Below, piece by piece: positions 61,901 to 64,000 of a stretch of DNA of 64,000 nt. The stretch spans positions 604,414-668,413 of the forward strand of contig NMRA01000006.1 of NCBI GenBank assembly GCA_002633005.1. The letters are read 5' to 3'. Numbering within the stretch: the stretch's first letter is position 1; every line of letters begins with the position of its first letter. A program made the translations under genes and the position numbers. Source of the DNA: Phoronis australis. Lineage: Eukaryota > Animalia > Phoronida. The notes under the pieces are model-generated. The model saw only the letters and a program-made list of their open reading frames with translations, had not been told where the DNA came from and searched no databases.

Positions 61901-63548
61901 ATGCATGAGTAAGTACTGGTTTTTGTTAAAAATTAGTCTGGATTAATATTGTATTGTCGTCGGTTTTATTACTTTCAGTGCCGTGGTTGGGAAATCAAGC
62001 AAAATGGTGAGAGTGCTCCCAAAGTACAGCAGTCTATGACTGGGCCTATCCTGGACATTTGTTTCCATAACGTACGTGGCTGTGTACTGCTTGCATTGTT
62101 TAGAATCATGTTTATATCCTATTCGACCAGATACGAATTGTGAGAAATTGATATAGAAAATCATAACATATTGCAAGGTTTGCTGTATTTGCTTTAACTC
62201 TTCAGTGCGTATTACGTGAAATGTGTGACAGAAAAATGTTGGTTATACTTGTATTGTAAAGTAAAGGAGAGTGTTTTTTCCATACAATGTTCAACTTAAT
62301 TAGGGATGGTGGTAAAGTTTGCAAGCTATATTCAAAGTTGCCTTAAGTTGTTCATATTAAGTTGTTCATATTTTGCTCATGTGAAATAGCGTTCAAGTAA
62401 TGTTCTTGTTATTGAAGGATGGACGTAAAGTATTCATGGCATCGTGTGACAAGATGGTGAAAGCCTGGGATCTGGATGCAAACAAGGTGGAGCAAGTGGC
62501 TGCAGTGAGTAGACGCCTTGTTAGGGAAGTATTGTATTCAGAAAGAATGGGCACTTGTGTTATTCTGTGGTGTAGACATTACAAAACACAGTTCCTACTA
62601 ACTGCCTGAAAGTGCAGATGTTGCATAAGTTTATGAGATGCCTGGCTGACAGCATTGTAATCTTTACTTTTATGAAGATAAAATCCACTGAATTACGGCG
62701 TCGTTTTAGTTCATATCTTGTGCTAAATTTTGTTTTGCGCAGACGAGCTCATTGTAATTGTTAAAATGTGCATGTATTTTCAGTGAGTAGGTCTACCAAG
62801 TTGCAGACAAAGTCCAATGGTTTGTAGTTTGACTGTTTTACCCTGCAAAGTGATGTTTGTCTTTGTTGTAGCATGATGCGCCTGTGAAGACAGTCAACTG
62901 GATCAAGGCTACAAACTATGAATGTTTAATGACAGGAAGTTGGGATAAGACACTGAAGGTAGGAGCAGGCTTGCGCCACTATAGTATGCATGCTGAGTAT
63001 GGTCTAAAATATACATGGGCGGGAGTTTTTCAGTAAGTAACTGCTGGTTATCATCATGAAACAAGGGATATTGTGTTAAAAGCTTAGCGAGGAATTACTG
63101 GTTTATAAGTATTCTCATTCAAAGCTCATACACAAAACTCGGCAAATGATGACGTTAGTCAGACATTTTTGGTGTCATTTAAATGAGGAGTTCTCTATAA
63201 AGGTTGGGTCCAGTTTCCATAATTCTGTTTCTACAAGTAAACTTTTGGAAGTTTTCTAAGACCAACTTGACCGTGGCTCGCTTCTTTTTAAATTAGTTGG
63301 GGACCATTTTTTCACCAATTTGTGATACTTCTTGAATATGGGGGTGATTGAACTAATTTTGCATAACTGATACAGTGGACAGATGTGTCTGTTCATTCTG
63401 TTTCAACCTCTGTGCATCCACCATCTTGTGCATCCACCATCTTGTGCATCCACCATCTTGCTGTGTTCACTTACAGTTCTGGGATTTACGCAGCCCTAAC
63501 CCAATGATGACCATCAGCCTACCAGAGAGGGTCTACTGTGCAGATGTG
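58765..63548 (+). CDS. RAE1: mRNA export factor RAE1 (Gle2; WD40), first five coding exons, continues past the window
   Basis: Exons 58765-58968, 61979-62071, 62418-62504, 62872-62958, 63477-63548, all phase-0 GT-AG; [66 protein letters not shown]...[10 protein letters not shown]. Confidence 0.97.
59281..61052. mobile_element. TIR element in RAE1 intron with nested HINE-like insertion (~59568-60410, minus strand)
   Basis: AAGGCCGTTCAAGTAAAAAACGTATGAGAGGGGG versus reverse complement of CCCCTCTCCCATATAGATTTTGCTGGAACAGCCCTT; the nested part has ~120-bp units (AAATTTCATC, GAAAACTAAA) and a (GACA)n tract. Confidence 0.55.
61979..62071 (+). CDS. RAE1: RAE1 coding exon 2
   Basis: tttcag|[10 protein letters not shown]...[10 protein letters not shown]|gtacgt. 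Confidence 0.95.
62418..62504 (+). CDS. RAE1: RAE1 coding exon 3
   Basis: tgaag|[12 protein letters not shown]...QVAA|gtgagt. Confidence 0.95.
62872..62958 (+). CDS. RAE1: RAE1 coding exon 4
   Basis: ttgtag|HDAPVKTV...TGSWDKTLK|gtagga. Confidence 0.95.
63410..63460. repeat. 16-bp tandem repeat x3
   Basis: unit TGTGCATCCACCATCT just upstream of the RAE1 exon 5 acceptor. Confidence 0.9.
63477..63548 (+). CDS. RAE1: RAE1 coding exon 5
   Basis: ttacag|[11 protein letters not shown]...YCADV|gtaagt. Confidence 0.95.
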
Positions 63549-63639
63549 GTAAGTACCTATTAAAGTGTCTTCTCCCATGTTATGCTTCATATGTTGTATA
63601 TATTATAATTGCAGGCAGTCTGATACAGGTTGTACCAGA

Positions 63640-63838
63640 CGTGCGCAGGTCTCGCATGTGGGCCTATTGCACTGATCACCTGGAAATATTTTTATGCTTT
63701 ATTAATATATGGTTAAAACCGAGCTGAGGAGCTAGAAACCTGGCTCAAGGGTTTAGCAGTGTGACCTGGTGGGACTCGAACTCACGACCTCGTGTAAAGA
63801 AAGTGGGTACTTATTAACCAGGCCTTACTGCCTCCTCT
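63640..63838 (-). mobile_element. tRNA-derived SINE
   Basis: minus-strand B box GAGTTCGAGTCCCACCAGG; body TGATCACCTGGAA...AGCTGAGG.GCTAGAAA shared with 56800-56895. Confidence 0.6.
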
Positions 63839-63861
63839 TCATATGTTGTAAGCGCCAAACA

Positions 63862-64000
63862 CCTTTCTACAACCATGTGTGTAGACTTAGTGTACAATGC
63901 CTTTCTACAACCATGTGTCTAGACTTAGTGTATAATGCCTTTCTACAACCATGTGTCTAGACTTAGTGTACAATGCCTTTCTACAACCATGTGTCTAGAC
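63862..64000. repeat. 38-bp minisatellite (runs off the window)
   Basis: unit GCCTTTCTACAACCATGTGTCTAGACTTAGTGTACAAT. Confidence 0.95.

Overview
Eukaryotic, intron-rich animal DNA (GT-AG introns, three N gaps, dense TE remnants; probably an invertebrate bilaterian, by inference). Three spliced + strand genes are recognisable. (1) An SLC27/FATP very-long-chain acyl-CoA synthetase, with 9 coding exons at 1077-15489 and no C-terminal exons found. (2) A two-exon rhodopsin-class neuropeptide-type GPCR at 40691-51264. (3) The first five coding exons of the mRNA export factor RAE1 at 58765-63548, which runs off the window. The most interesting element is a cluster of small intronless single-pass membrane ORFs at 21-28.5 kb. 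Two of them share an ungapped TM-end signature (Y25xxIC[FY]CxxP34) but have oppositely charged tails. A third is divergently oriented, and a fourth appears decayed. The rest is decayed HERO-like and LOA-like LINEs, a THAP-bearing Kolobok-type element, MITEs, HINE/DINE-like elements (one carrying an array of CTCF-like motifs), tRNA-derived SINEs and satellites. All family calls come from motif recognition by eye, not from database searches.
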